Shown one piece after another: positions 46,426 to 55,535 of a stretch of DNA of 64,000 bases; positions within the stretch are counted from its first letter, which is position 1, and every line of letters begins with the position of its first letter. Under the pieces are notes generated by a model. That model was not told the origin of the DNA, made no database searches, and saw nothing but the letters and a program-made list of their open reading frames with translations. The position numbers and the translations under genes are program-made. Origin of the DNA: a virus; IMG/VR virus record IMGVR_UViG_3300017782_000001, one strand, 5' to 3'.

Positions 46426-47514
46426 TCATGCTGCCTTTTCAAATTGTAGGGGATTCATTGGATTAACTCCAAGCATATTTCCCCATTCAGAATAATAATG
46501 TCTCATACCAACTTCATCATGTATAGTTCTATTTTCATGTCTACCATGAAGAATGTTTCTTGCCTCAGTACCTTCTCTCATTGTAGTACCTTGACCTGCA
46601 ACACCAATCAAATCTTCATGTAGGTTACGACCAAATGGTCCCCAAATAGAATTGTGATGTTTGATTCTTGTTTGTCTTTCCTCTGGAGTATCTTTACGTA
46701 GACCATAACCACGAAATTCAATCAGAACTTTATTAGGTCCAAGTGGTGTTACTGAGTCTGAACGATACGCGGAACCCCGTAAGTTGAAATTAAACCCTGG
46801 GAAGAGGTCGACCATGTACCACTGGTTGGGCGGCAGATTGGGAAAAGATAACTCCCCTCTATCCTCAAACCCGTCATACTCTTCATAGTTAACAGTAAAG
46901 CTAGACACGTTAACGTGGCCATTATCAAAAGCAATATTCTTTCTAGCGAAATATTCATCATTAAATCCACTCACTCTATTAAAGTAGTGCATGAAGTCGT
47001 GATAGAATTCACTGTTAGTATCATGCCACAATTTATAGTTAGTATCAATCACAGCTTTGTGATAGTGAAAGACTTCCATTTCTTCTGTATCAATAGCATC
47101 AGCGATACAATCAAATGCACCTGCTGTCCATTCATCTACACTTTGTGTAGGATTAGAATTCAATGTTGTCCATACCATTCCACCATGCCTGACTTCAGTG
47201 TGCAGAGGAGTATAGTCATCCATTAAGAATTGAACTCTTGTCATTGATCCAGACGGAGTACTAAACTTCCCAGGATTCAAGTATGTTTTAATATTGTCGC
47301 CGTTATTAATTGCTATAACGTTTTGTCCAGCAATCTGAGTTGTCCTAAAGTTACCTGCTTCTGGAAGCTCAGATTTGTGACACATAGGTACCCACACTTT
47401 TGAAAAGATTTCTTCTTGTTCGCGTAGATAGATGCTATGATCGTTATAACATTCGCTAGAGATGTATTCTATATTCGGGGACTCTAACCACTTCTTATGA
47501 TTTCTCGGTGCCAT
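46426..47514 (-). CDS. ring-hydroxylating oxygenase alpha-subunit-like, lacking Rieske ligands
   Basis: E.E.IF...W...H.SELP..G.F; NYK....SEFYH...H; ED; no CxH/CxxH. Confidence 0.8.
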   Translation of the reverse strand: MAPRNHKKWLESPNIEYISSECYNDHSIYLREQEEIFSKVWVPMCHKSELPEAGNFRTTQIAGQNVIAINNGDNIKTYLNPGKFSTPSGSMTRVQFLMDDYTPLHTEVRHGGMVWTTLNSNPTQSVDEWTAGAFDCIADAIDTEEMEVFHYHKAVIDTNYKLWHDTNSEFYHDFMHYFNRVSGFNDEYFARKNIAFDNGHVNVSSFTVNYEEYDGFEDRGELSFPNLPPNQWYMVDLFPGFNFNLRGSAYRSDSVTPLGPNKVLIEFRGYGLRKDTPEERQTRIKHHNSIWGPFGRNLHEDLIGVAGQGTTMREGTEARNILHGRHENRTIHDEVGMRHYYSEWGNMLGVNPMNPLQFEKAA

Positions 47515-47532
47515 ATAGCTCTCCTTAAATAA

Positions 47533-47858
47533 GTTGCCGGATTCTGTTTCGAGGCTCCGGCGGGCCCAGAGATTATGCCGCTAGGCGCATCTCAGGAGCA
47601 AAGTTATCGTTTGCATTTACGTTTTTGATTCTCCACTGCCTTCTTGTATCTGTCGATCCTATTTCGCCCCCATCATAATAAGTCTTGCATGCCGCGGTGA
47701 ATAATTGTTTATGCAAATATATTCAACGCAAAATTTTCTAAATTGCCAAAGTAGTACTTCGTCCATTATTACCTCAAGACTTATTATGGTGGAGGCGGCG
47801 GGTACTGCCCCCGCGTCCAGCCTACATCCATCCAGTTTCACTGAATCATTTTTATTTA
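47533..47858 (-). ncRNA. ssrA: two-piece (circularly permuted) tmRNA, tag ANDNFAPEMRLAA
   Basis: Acceptor piece ends CGCCTCCACCA at 47787; coding piece starts GGGGGCG at 47671 (G3.U70 pair); tag ORF 47614-47573; outer ends approximate. Confidence 0.93.
47659..47766 (-). CDS. possible 35-aa peptide starting inside the tmRNA intervening segment
   Basis: GAGGT-aata-ATG; MDEVLLWQFRKFCVEYICINNYSPRHARLIMMGAK. Confidence 0.4.
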   Translation of the reverse strand: MDEVLLWQFRKFCVEYICINNYSPRHARLIMMGAK

Positions 47859-47895
47859 TACTAGTATTATACCATACTTTTTTTTGAATGTAAAC
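47853..47895 (-). promoter_or_regulatory. nested early and late promoters for tmRNA
   Basis: GTTTACA-17-TATAAT (47895-47866) and TATAAATA (47860-47853). Confidence 0.75.
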
Positions 47896-47904
47896 CGCTA
47901 ATTT

Positions 47905-47912
47905 TATAAATA
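47905..47912 (+). promoter_or_regulatory. T4-type late promoter
   Basis: TATAAATA 26 nt upstream of plus-strand operon start. Confidence 0.8.
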
Positions 47913-47938
47913 GTAATAGAAAATCAATGGAGAAAAAC

Positions 47939-48496
47939 ATGCGCAACTTTCTCGCGGTTGCTTTTTTTGTAATGATTGCCGTGACCCAGGCAAGCGCGCA
48001 AACTACTTCAAATGTTAATACAGATTCAAAGTCTAATTCAACTGTAAATACAGATGCTAATTCTAAGACTATTGTTATCTCGCCACCACCTTCGGCTATT
48101 AGTCCAAGTATTGGCTCGTCATCATCTGATCTCTGTTTATCTGGAGTCTCAGGTGCTGTTCAGACTCAGATCCTTGGTGTATCTACTGGGGAAATGGTCC
48201 GCGATGAAAATTGCGAAAGATTAAAAATATCTAAAACCCTATATGATATGGGTATGAAAGTGGCTGCGGTGTCAGTCCTTTGTCAGGATCGTAGAGTATT
48301 TGATGCAATGGAAATGGCAGGCACTCCTTGTCCATTCTTAGGTGAAATTGGTGACAAAGCAACTGACGGTTGGAAAGATAACCCAGGTCGCATACCACCA
48401 GCTGAAGTAGTGGAGACAAAGGATGACGTTCAAGAACGTAATGCAAAGATTGGCGCTGGTATCGGTGGCCTTGCTTTGCTCCTACTCTTACTCTAA
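47939..48496 (+). CDS. exported Cys-containing protein with C-terminal TM anchor
   Basis: Signal peptide ending ASA; SPPPSAISP; four Cys; C-terminal IGAGIGGLALLLLL. Confidence 0.8.
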   Translation: MRNFLAVAFFVMIAVTQASAQTTSNVNTDSKSNSTVNTDANSKTIVISPPPSAISPSIGSSSSDLCLSGVSGAVQTQILGVSTGEMVRDENCERLKISKTLYDMGMKVAAVSVLCQDRRVFDAMEMAGTPCPFLGEIGDKATDGWKDNPGRIPPAEVVETKDDVQERNAKIGAGIGGLALLLLLL

Positions 48497-50246
48497 CGCG
48501 CAGGTTTCAACCGGCACTCCAATATGCTCGACAGATGGAACTACTAATCCTTTGAATAGTAGCGTTAATGGCACGTGTATTGATCCCGTAGATAACACTA
48601 TTAAACCTATTGGCAATCAAGGCGACTTTGGAACAGGTGGTCATAGCACTGGTAATTCTCATAATCAGAAATATGTGTACTCCACACATGATGAGTACAT
48701 TATGCACTTTTCATATACTCCTGACACTTGGATTTCTAACTTTGCTATTAATCAAGCTCTTGCAGGTGCAGGGTTTGATATTACAGGTTATGTAGCAGAA
48801 TGGCAATGGAAAAATGAAAACACTAATACAGTAAACGGTGTTTGTAATGCACAAAAAGTAAATGGTGATTGTTTAGACGATTTGATAATTACAATTGACG
48901 CATATGCAAGTGGCGTTAATATCTATAGCGATGAATGGGATTACAGCCAGTCAAAATCAAATGGCTGGACGCTTGAAGAAGTTGTAAGCTTTACTCCACA
49001 AGCATTAATTCCGGGAACCCATATCGATGAAATAGAAGTTACCATATACGGTGTGGATAACGGGTTCTGGCAAGGTATGTATGGACCTAAGGTAATGAAC
49101 TTTGGTGGTTCATTAATTCTTCAGCCTGATGGGTGTACACTAAATGGTGCTATTTCAGATCCTAGCTGTCCAGGATATGCTGCAGCATTGTTTAACCAAC
49201 AGTGTACTGCTAACCCACTATTTGATCCTAGCTGTAAAGGATACTCAACTGCAAATCAAAATTTAATTTGCAATCAAAATCCTGCAAGTGATCCAAGCTG
49301 CCCAGACTATTATATCGCAAATTGTAATTTAGATGCTTTATACGATCCAGGATGTTCTGGATATGCAGACGCATACTTTGATGAACAGTGTTCTATGGAT
49401 GCGCAATATAGCGATCAATGTATCGGATTTGTCGATTTGTCTATTGACGATGATGCAGTTGAAATATATGACCCAGTAGTAGAAAACGTTTTAGAACAAG
49501 AATATAGTGAACCTATTTACGCTGCAGATATTCCAACCTTTGAATTTGAATACGTAGAAGAAAACGTTCAAGAAGAACCAGATACTGCATCTTATGGTGA
49601 CGAATTTGAAGTATTAGACGATGACATTGAAGCAGAAATTGCTGCTTTAGAAGCTGAAGGCGAAAACGGAGACGGTGAATTAAATTTAGAAGATGACATT
49701 GAAAACGAAATTACACAATTGGAAGAATCAACAAAGGAAGCAGATGCAGAAGATCCTCGTAATGGTGGTAGAGGAAAGAATATGGAGGATGACATTGAAG
49801 CAGAGCTCGCGCAATTGGAGAAAGAGTCGGATACCGAAGAAGGGAAGTCAGAGTCCACGAATGACGATGAATTACAAGTGTCCGATAATACTAATAGGCC
49901 CGACGGAGTGGTCAAACCCAGTGGAAAAAAAGACACACGGAAAGCCATACCTAACAAGACTACTTCAAGGCGGGACAAAATGCGGATGCTCATCGCACAA
50001 AAAGCAATAGAAACTACTAGGGAATTAGAAAACGCTATTAGTTTTGAGCAATCACTGGACATACAACGTAGACTACTTGCATTGATTAGTTATGTTCCAG
50101 ATTTTAAGAATGAATATGGTAAAAAAGAAATCAATCAAGTTAACTTTTATCCACCAAAACCAGTAGTTGATCATGCATATGCCAGATGGTTCTTAAATGA
50201 TCCTACCTTTGGTGCAATGGAAGATTCACAATACAATTTTAATTAG
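48441..50246 (+). CDS. large exported protein with Cys-rich repeats and acidic coiled region
   Basis: Signal peptide; five C..DPxC.GY-like repeats; three DDIE.E...LE repeats. Confidence 0.8.
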   Translation: MQRLALVSVALLCSYSYSNAQVSTGTPICSTDGTTNPLNSSVNGTCIDPVDNTIKPIGNQGDFGTGGHSTGNSHNQKYVYSTHDEYIMHFSYTPDTWISNFAINQALAGAGFDITGYVAEWQWKNENTNTVNGVCNAQKVNGDCLDDLIITIDAYASGVNIYSDEWDYSQSKSNGWTLEEVVSFTPQALIPGTHIDEIEVTIYGVDNGFWQGMYGPKVMNFGGSLILQPDGCTLNGAISDPSCPGYAAALFNQQCTANPLFDPSCKGYSTANQNLICNQNPASDPSCPDYYIANCNLDALYDPGCSGYADAYFDEQCSMDAQYSDQCIGFVDLSIDDDAVEIYDPVVENVLEQEYSEPIYAADIPTFEFEYVEENVQEEPDTASYGDEFEVLDDDIEAEIAALEAEGENGDGELNLEDDIENEITQLEESTKEADAEDPRNGGRGKNMEDDIEAELAQLEKESDTEEGKSESTNDDELQVSDNTNRPDGVVKPSGKKDTRKAIPNKTTSRRDKMRMLIAQKAIETTRELENAISFEQSLDIQRRLLALISYVPDFKNEYGKKEINQVNFYPPKPVVDHAYARWFLNDPTFGAMEDSQYNFN

Positions 50247-50255
50247 GAGCAAAAC

Positions 50256-50801
50256 ATGGCTGAAATAGAATACGGCGGAATCAAAGTAGGAGGCAGTAAG
50301 CTCCTATTAGTATTGCCACTTATTGGAACATTAGGCGGAGGTCTCTGGGGAGGCTTTGAGTTCTATAAAGATTATACGGATATGAAAGAACAAATCCAAA
50401 ACTACGTAGCACCTGACTTATCAGAGTTTGATAAGAACCTTGCAGTACTACATGAAGAAATGAAAATAACAAGAGAAGAAGTTGTTATTATTCGTGATGC
50501 GATTGGTGAACAGGTAGACTTTATGCGAGATACTAAGCATGACTTACGAGGTGACTTAGTTCGTATGGAAAAAATCTTAGATAAGGTTGAGAATGATATC
50601 GATAAAGTAGAAGATGAAGCTCAAAATCTCATGGACAGAACTAAATCAGACGCAAGAGCTATGATCGAAGATGCTAACAATCGTTTCAACGATAAAGTAT
50701 CTGGCATGGAAGGTTATGTCAAAAGAGAACTAAATTCACTTGAAGAAGATCTTAATAGAAAACTTCAAAAATCTTTAGATAACCCACTCGCCAATAGGTA
50801 A
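50256..50801 (+). CDS. N-terminally anchored coiled-coil protein
   Basis: TM then long heptad helix ending DNPLA; AGGAG RBS. Confidence 0.8.
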   Translation: MAEIEYGGIKVGGSKLLLVLPLIGTLGGGLWGGFEFYKDYTDMKEQIQNYVAPDLSEFDKNLAVLHEEMKITREEVVIIRDAIGEQVDFMRDTKHDLRGDLVRMEKILDKVENDIDKVEDEAQNLMDRTKSDARAMIEDANNRFNDKVSGMEGYVKRELNSLEEDLNRKLQKSLDNPLANR

Positions 50802-50806
50802 AGACA

Positions 50807-51178
50807 ATGGTAGAAAAAAAATTAGAACCAGGATCTAAATATAACCATTTAGATAAAGATGGTGATGGTATTGTAACTGATGAGGAAATGATGATGGAAG
50901 CAAAAATGATTGAGCTAGAAGATAAACGAAGTGATATGGAAAATGAAGATAAAAAGCAAGACGCACAAAGAAACATGGCGTGGTTTGCTTTATGGGGAAT
51001 GCTACTATATCCTATAGTTGTTGTTTCTGCAACATTGGCTGGTTTAGACAAAGCAGCCTCTATCTTAGGTGATATGGCTGCTGTCTATTTCGTATCAGTT
51101 GCTGCTATCGTGGCAGCATTCTATGGTAAAGAAGCTATAGAAAAAAGAAGTAAACCTGCTCCTCCTAAAAAGTTTTAG
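50807..51178 (+). CDS. EF-hand plus 2-TM membrane protein (holin-like)
   Basis: DKDGDGIVTDEE loop, two TMs, basic tail. Confidence 0.7.
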   Translation: MVEKKLEPGSKYNHLDKDGDGIVTDEEMMMEAKMIELEDKRSDMENEDKKQDAQRNMAWFALWGMLLYPIVVVSATLAGLDKAASILGDMAAVYFVSVAAIVAAFYGKEAIEKRSKPAPPKKF

Positions 51179-51567
51179 GAAGTAGATCTATCATGCATAG
51201 CTAATGCAATAATTCCATAATGAACAACTTTAAGAAGGTCTGCTCGGTTTAGACCTTCTTTTTTTCCATATCGCTGAGAGTACTTAAGTACATTACCTAA
51301 AGCGAATCCCATACCATGACCACAGTCTTCAATGATCTGTGTAGCTTGATACTTGCCTTGTGAGTAATGAGCATCGTATGTTCCGTCAATATAAGTCTTA
51401 ATTTCTTTTAGAAGATCACCTTCATTAAAAGCGTATTCAGGATCTGGACCTACGAGATTAATAATATAGTCTTGATCAGTCGCAAACTCTTCAGTTGATG
51501 AATCAAAGTTAAATTTGATTTGACGATATTCGTCTTCCACCGCAGCGCCAGTGTATTTAATTGTCAT
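51175..51567 (-). CDS. DUF3310-like (T7 gp1.7-like) protein
   Basis: HY...GF.LGNVLKY..RYGKK...DL.K..HY. Confidence 0.75.
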   Translation of the reverse strand: MTIKYTGAAVEDEYRQIKFNFDSSTEEFATDQDYIINLVGPDPEYAFNEGDLLKEIKTYIDGTYDAHYSQGKYQATQIIEDCGHGMGFALGNVLKYSQRYGKKEGLNRADLLKVVHYGIIALAMHDRSTS

Positions 51568-52222
51568 TCGTGTACTCCATAATATTAGGGAAAATTTTAC
51601 TAATTGCTTCTGCGCAAGCTATAGCCAATTCAATGTGTTCTTTTTGAGTTCCATTAGCAGAACGCAAATCAATGTAATGAATCCAGCTTCGCAGAGTTCC
51701 ATTAACATACATGCGAGACATGGTACAACCTTCTGGTAATACCGCTCTTGCTTGTTCTTTTGCAATGCCATTATCAATTGCCCATTTATAAACTTCAAGA
51801 GATTTACTAATAACCTCCTGCTGATGAATATCCCACTGGTCTTGGATATGTAACGGTGCTGCATCAATCGAGTTCTGACGATTCTTTGGATCTTGCAATC
51901 GAGCTCCACGTTTAACAAATAAAAGATCCTGTGTAGGATCAGCATATCGCTGGCTAAACTCTTGAAATGAGAATGAACGGTGACGTAAGAGTTGACGACC
52001 AATATCTCGTGTAGTTTCAATCTCTAGGCAAGCAGACACCATTTCGAAAGGCGACCAATGTTTGTGTTGTGCAAGATAATGTAGCAATTTTGTCGACGTT
52101 TCCTCGTTAATTTGGTTTGAGGGATTCGAGACACGGGCGCAATAAGCGATAAGTTCTTGGACATCGTTACCGACATGTAAATTCTCCGTTGTTTGCGAGT
52201 AGCTAATTAATCTAGCGTTCAT
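51557..52222 (-). CDS. thyX: flavin-dependent thymidylate synthase
   Basis: HWSPFE, RHRSFSFQEFSQRY, EQARAVLP. Confidence 0.96.
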   Translation of the reverse strand: MNARLISYSQTTENLHVGNDVQELIAYCARVSNPSNQINEETSTKLLHYLAQHKHWSPFEMVSACLEIETTRDIGRQLLRHRSFSFQEFSQRYADPTQDLLFVKRGARLQDPKNRQNSIDAAPLHIQDQWDIHQQEVISKSLEVYKWAIDNGIAKEQARAVLPEGCTMSRMYVNGTLRSWIHYIDLRSANGTQKEHIELAIACAEAISKIFPNIMEYTNDN

Positions 52223-53135
52223 AGTGAGACCTTTTATAATATTCATCTAAGTTTTCTATTTTATTGTAATGATCAAGTGCTTTTTCGAAAATTAGCCTTT
52301 GACCTTTTTTATCCGGATGAGGATCAAATAAATCAGGATGATGTTTAGTTTTTGTTGTAACCATTATGTTTTCATGGTATCCTAAAACATTCACATTTTT
52401 TCTAAAGCCATTTTTAATATCATCTTTATAAAACTCGTGAAGTTTATTTGGTGTAAGTCTACGAGGTACATACGAAAACATACCATTAAAGTCATACGTT
52501 GTAGAACATAATATATTTTTATTTATGTATTTAATATTAGATTTTTTTTCTACATATGGTTTTAAGAATTGATTTGAAAATCTTTTGCCAATATAGTTAT
52601 ATCTAAAATATCCATTAAACTCTGGCACTAGTTGCATAATAATTAATTTAATATTTCGTCTATCACAAACATCGTGTAAAGCTAAAATGTAAGATACAGT
52701 TTCATCAATAAAATATGGAATATTGTAATGGTCAATATAAGAATATCCTGCTAAGTCATCTATTTTCAATTCTTCAATATTTTTCCCTACTTCAGCAAGA
52801 TACCTGCCATCAAAATTATCTGGTAATTGATGGTGAGTTGCTACGTTCATAAATTTAAGAGTTTTGCCGGCAGTATTACTGATACTGTCTTCTCTCATAT
52901 ATTTCTTTTTAACAAACTCAAATCTATCCCACCCAGTTAATCCTAAAACAACAGTGTCAATTTCAGGATTTTTCTGTAACTCAGACATAGTAATTCTAAA
53001 AATATACTTATTACCTACACCTTCCATACCTTTATTGATGAGAGGTTTATTTAATTCTTTTGACAAGTGTTCTGGCCAAGGAACATCTCCTTCGTACCTT
53101 TTACACGTAAAACTGCAGCCAACTGCTAACAACAT
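52212..53135 (-). CDS. SGNH-hydrolase-like protein
   Basis: AVGCSFT, WP, N.G..G.GN, DPHP. Confidence 0.55.
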   Translation of the reverse strand: MLLAVGCSFTCKRYEGDVPWPEHLSKELNKPLINKGMEGVGNKYIFRITMSELQKNPEIDTVVLGLTGWDRFEFVKKKYMREDSISNTAGKTLKFMNVATHHQLPDNFDGRYLAEVGKNIEELKIDDLAGYSYIDHYNIPYFIDETVSYILALHDVCDRRNIKLIIMQLVPEFNGYFRYNYIGKRFSNQFLKPYVEKKSNIKYINKNILCSTTYDFNGMFSYVPRRLTPNKLHEFYKDDIKNGFRKNVNVLGYHENIMVTTKTKHHPDLFDPHPDKKGQRLIFEKALDHYNKIENLDEYYKRSHYER

Positions 53136-53233
53136 TAGTCATCATCCGATTCATAAATAAAATCATGAACTTTGTTTTTATTTCTAAAAATATACCACCG
53201 GGTTTTAATAGTTAGCCACAATTTTTTGATCAC
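53135..53233 (-). CDS. small basic protein (32 aa, ends DFIYESDDD)
   Basis: GTGA overlap with helicase stop, TAATG overlap with next gene. Confidence 0.6.
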   Translation of the reverse strand: MIKKLWLTIKTRWYIFRNKNKVHDFIYESDDD

Positions 53234-54603
53234 AGCTTAAACCCTTGAAATTTTTCTGCACTAACACGTTCAGCAGTAGCAGATTTATCAAACACCGGTG
53301 TATCGTCCATTAGTGTTTGCTCACCTTCTTCAACATCATACAATCTCATTTTAGCTCGATCTACTCCAATTACAAACCGCTTGTATTTTGTTGGATCATT
53401 ATATCTATTCTTAAGCTGTTTGACCATGAGTTGACCTTGTTGCTCCAACTCTTCAGTTGAAATAATAGCAAACATTAGATCGGCCGTTGCGGGTAATCCA
53501 AAAGACTCACTTGTATCTTCAAGCCCAACATCCGAGTTACTAAAACCAGAACGAGTCGTTTGCGTTGCAGAGAAGACCGGTACGTTGAACTCGACCGCAA
53601 GGCCACGTAACTCTTCAGCAACTGCTTTAATGTAGGTGTATGAATTGATCGATCCTCCCATGCCTTTCATTCTAGAACTTGAACAAATATTTAGATAATC
53701 AATAAAGATAATATCAGGTTCAAATGCACGCTTTAGCTTAAGCTCATTTAATAGCGCGCGGAAATGGCCAGCATGAGCTGAGCCAGTAGGATATTCTTTA
53801 ACAATTAACTTACCATTTGTTTTAGTTGATAGGTCTGCCACTTTAGTAGAAAACTGATCCTTAGTCATTTTATCTAGCTGATCAATTGGAACGTTAAGTA
53901 AATTAGCATCAATACGTTCAGCAATTCTTTCTTCAGCCATTTCCATCGTAATATAAAGAACATTACGACCTTCTACCAAAGCGCCACTAGCAACATGACA
54001 CATGAATAAAGACTTGCCAACACCAGTACCTGCAAGGGCAATGTTAAGTGTTTTATTTGGTACACCACCTTTTGTAATTTTATTGAGATATTCAAGATCA
54101 AACGGTATGCGATCTTCTTCTTTGTTATAAAATTCCCAACGTTCTTCAGCTTGTTCAACATAGTCGTGACCTACATTTGTATCAAAGGCAACACCAAGTG
54201 CTTTAGTAAGTAAATCTGGTAATGATCCTTTTGTTAATGATTCGTGTTTTCCATCGATGATAGAAATTGATTCCATGATTGCTATATGCAATGCACGATC
54301 TTGACACCATTTTTCTGTTGAATCAATTAGCCATGTTTCATCAACTGTGTCACCATCAAACAAGGTTTGAGCAACATCCATAGCCATGGAATATTGCTCA
54401 CCTTGAATGTCTGACTCAGTAATTTCAACTAAGAAACTTTCTCGTGTTGGAAGCTTATTATACTTTGCAACATACTTTCCAGCTTCTTTGAACAGATTTC
54501 TATACGGCCCCTCAAAATAATCAGGTTTAACGAAAGGCAATACTTTACGCATATACTTTTCATCGGTCAATAGGTTTCGTAATATGGTCTGTTCTATTTT
54601 CAA
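53230..54603 (-). CDS. 41: T4 gp41-like replicative DNA helicase
   Basis: AGTGVGKS, ITMEMAEE, IDYL, ATQTTR, SESFGLPATAD, KNRY. Confidence 0.96.
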   Translation of the reverse strand: MKIEQTILRNLLTDEKYMRKVLPFVKPDYFEGPYRNLFKEAGKYVAKYNKLPTRESFLVEITESDIQGEQYSMAMDVAQTLFDGDTVDETWLIDSTEKWCQDRALHIAIMESISIIDGKHESLTKGSLPDLLTKALGVAFDTNVGHDYVEQAEERWEFYNKEEDRIPFDLEYLNKITKGGVPNKTLNIALAGTGVGKSLFMCHVASGALVEGRNVLYITMEMAEERIAERIDANLLNVPIDQLDKMTKDQFSTKVADLSTKTNGKLIVKEYPTGSAHAGHFRALLNELKLKRAFEPDIIFIDYLNICSSSRMKGMGGSINSYTYIKAVAEELRGLAVEFNVPVFSATQTTRSGFSNSDVGLEDTSESFGLPATADLMFAIISTEELEQQGQLMVKQLKNRYNDPTKYKRFVIGVDRAKMRLYDVEEGEQTLMDDTPVFDKSATAERVSAEKFQGFKL

Positions 54604-55031
54604 TCGAGTAATCCTTTTGCTCGTAAATCTGCACGAATTTTAGTAGCAGAAATGTTATGAATTTCATTGCCAAGATCATGTTCAGTAAAGGTGTAACCAA
54701 CTCCACGTCCATAACTAATATCAACAATGTTTGGTACTACCATTATAACATAATCGTCACCACAAGTAAACCCCTCTTCTCCAAGATTTTTTACAATATT
54801 ATCTTGAACTTGAAGAATATCAAAAGGATTATCATCTTGCCCAGGCACACGAGAATTAGCTTCACGTTTTTCTGGTACTTGCCTAATCATAATACAAACT
54901 TGGCCAGTTATAGCAAAACATCTTTTGAATAATTCTGTATGACCAGCGTGCCAAGGTTGCCATCTACCAAGCATTTGTACTGTAGGATTTAATTTATCAA
55001 ATCTACCATTTGAGTTAACATATTCTGACAT
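54600..55031 (-). CDS. small HIGH-family nucleotidyltransferase
   Basis: GRWQPWHAGH, NP, ISATKIR. Confidence 0.8.
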   Translation of the reverse strand: MSEYVNSNGRFDKLNPTVQMLGRWQPWHAGHTELFKRCFAITGQVCIMIRQVPEKREANSRVPGQDDNPFDILQVQDNIVKNLGEEGFTCGDDYVIMVVPNIVDISYGRGVGYTFTEHDLGNEIHNISATKIRADLRAKGLLD

Positions 55032-55034
55032 ATT

Positions 55035-55535
55035 CTACTCCTTATTTTTAAGAAAGTTAGGAACAAAATCGCTATCACCAAATACTTGTGCTAAGCCACT
55101 ATCGTTGTACTGAGGAATTTCAATATTCTTTGCAAACTCTTCTATTTCTTTATCAGACATATAAGAAGTTACTTCATAATAAGCTCCTGCTTCAGTACCA
55201 TTTGGTTTTTCAAACATTTTATTTGTGTCGTCATACCTACCTTCATCAAGAGTGTTTACCCAGATTAAAACATCAGCATCAAAAATATTACGTGTTTCTA
55301 CTAAGGGGCAAACAAAGTCACATATAACTGTACGTTCTTCTCCGTCTTCAAAGTCTGCAATGTTACGCATTCTTTCTGCTTGGCGCAGTCTTGCTTGAGG
55401 ACTAAAGTCCCAATCGTTAGCCATACCTCTAACTTTATCTGCGTTATACCACGCACATTCGGGTAAAGCTTTTTGCAGTCTTTCGCTTAGCCAAGTTTTA
55501 CCAGCACCCGGCAAGCCCATTACTAGAATTTTCAT
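55035..55535 (-). CDS. cysC: adenylylsulfate kinase-like
   Basis: GLPGAGKT, AD.VR, DFS...R..Q, FVCP, FEKP. Confidence 0.75.
   Translation of the reverse strand: MKILVMGLPGAGKTWLSERLQKALPECAWYNADKVRGMANDWDFSPQARLRQAERMRNIADFEDGEERTVICDFVCPLVETRNIFDADVLIWVNTLDEGRYDDTNKMFEKPNGTEAGAYYEVTSYMSDKEIEEFAKNIEIPQYNDSGLAQVFGDSDFVPNFLKNKE

Noticed and set aside
47767-47946. Upstream part of the 95-aa ORF 47659-47946
   Set aside because: Runs through the tmRNA acceptor piece and promoters; only the RBS-led 35-codon part is plausible
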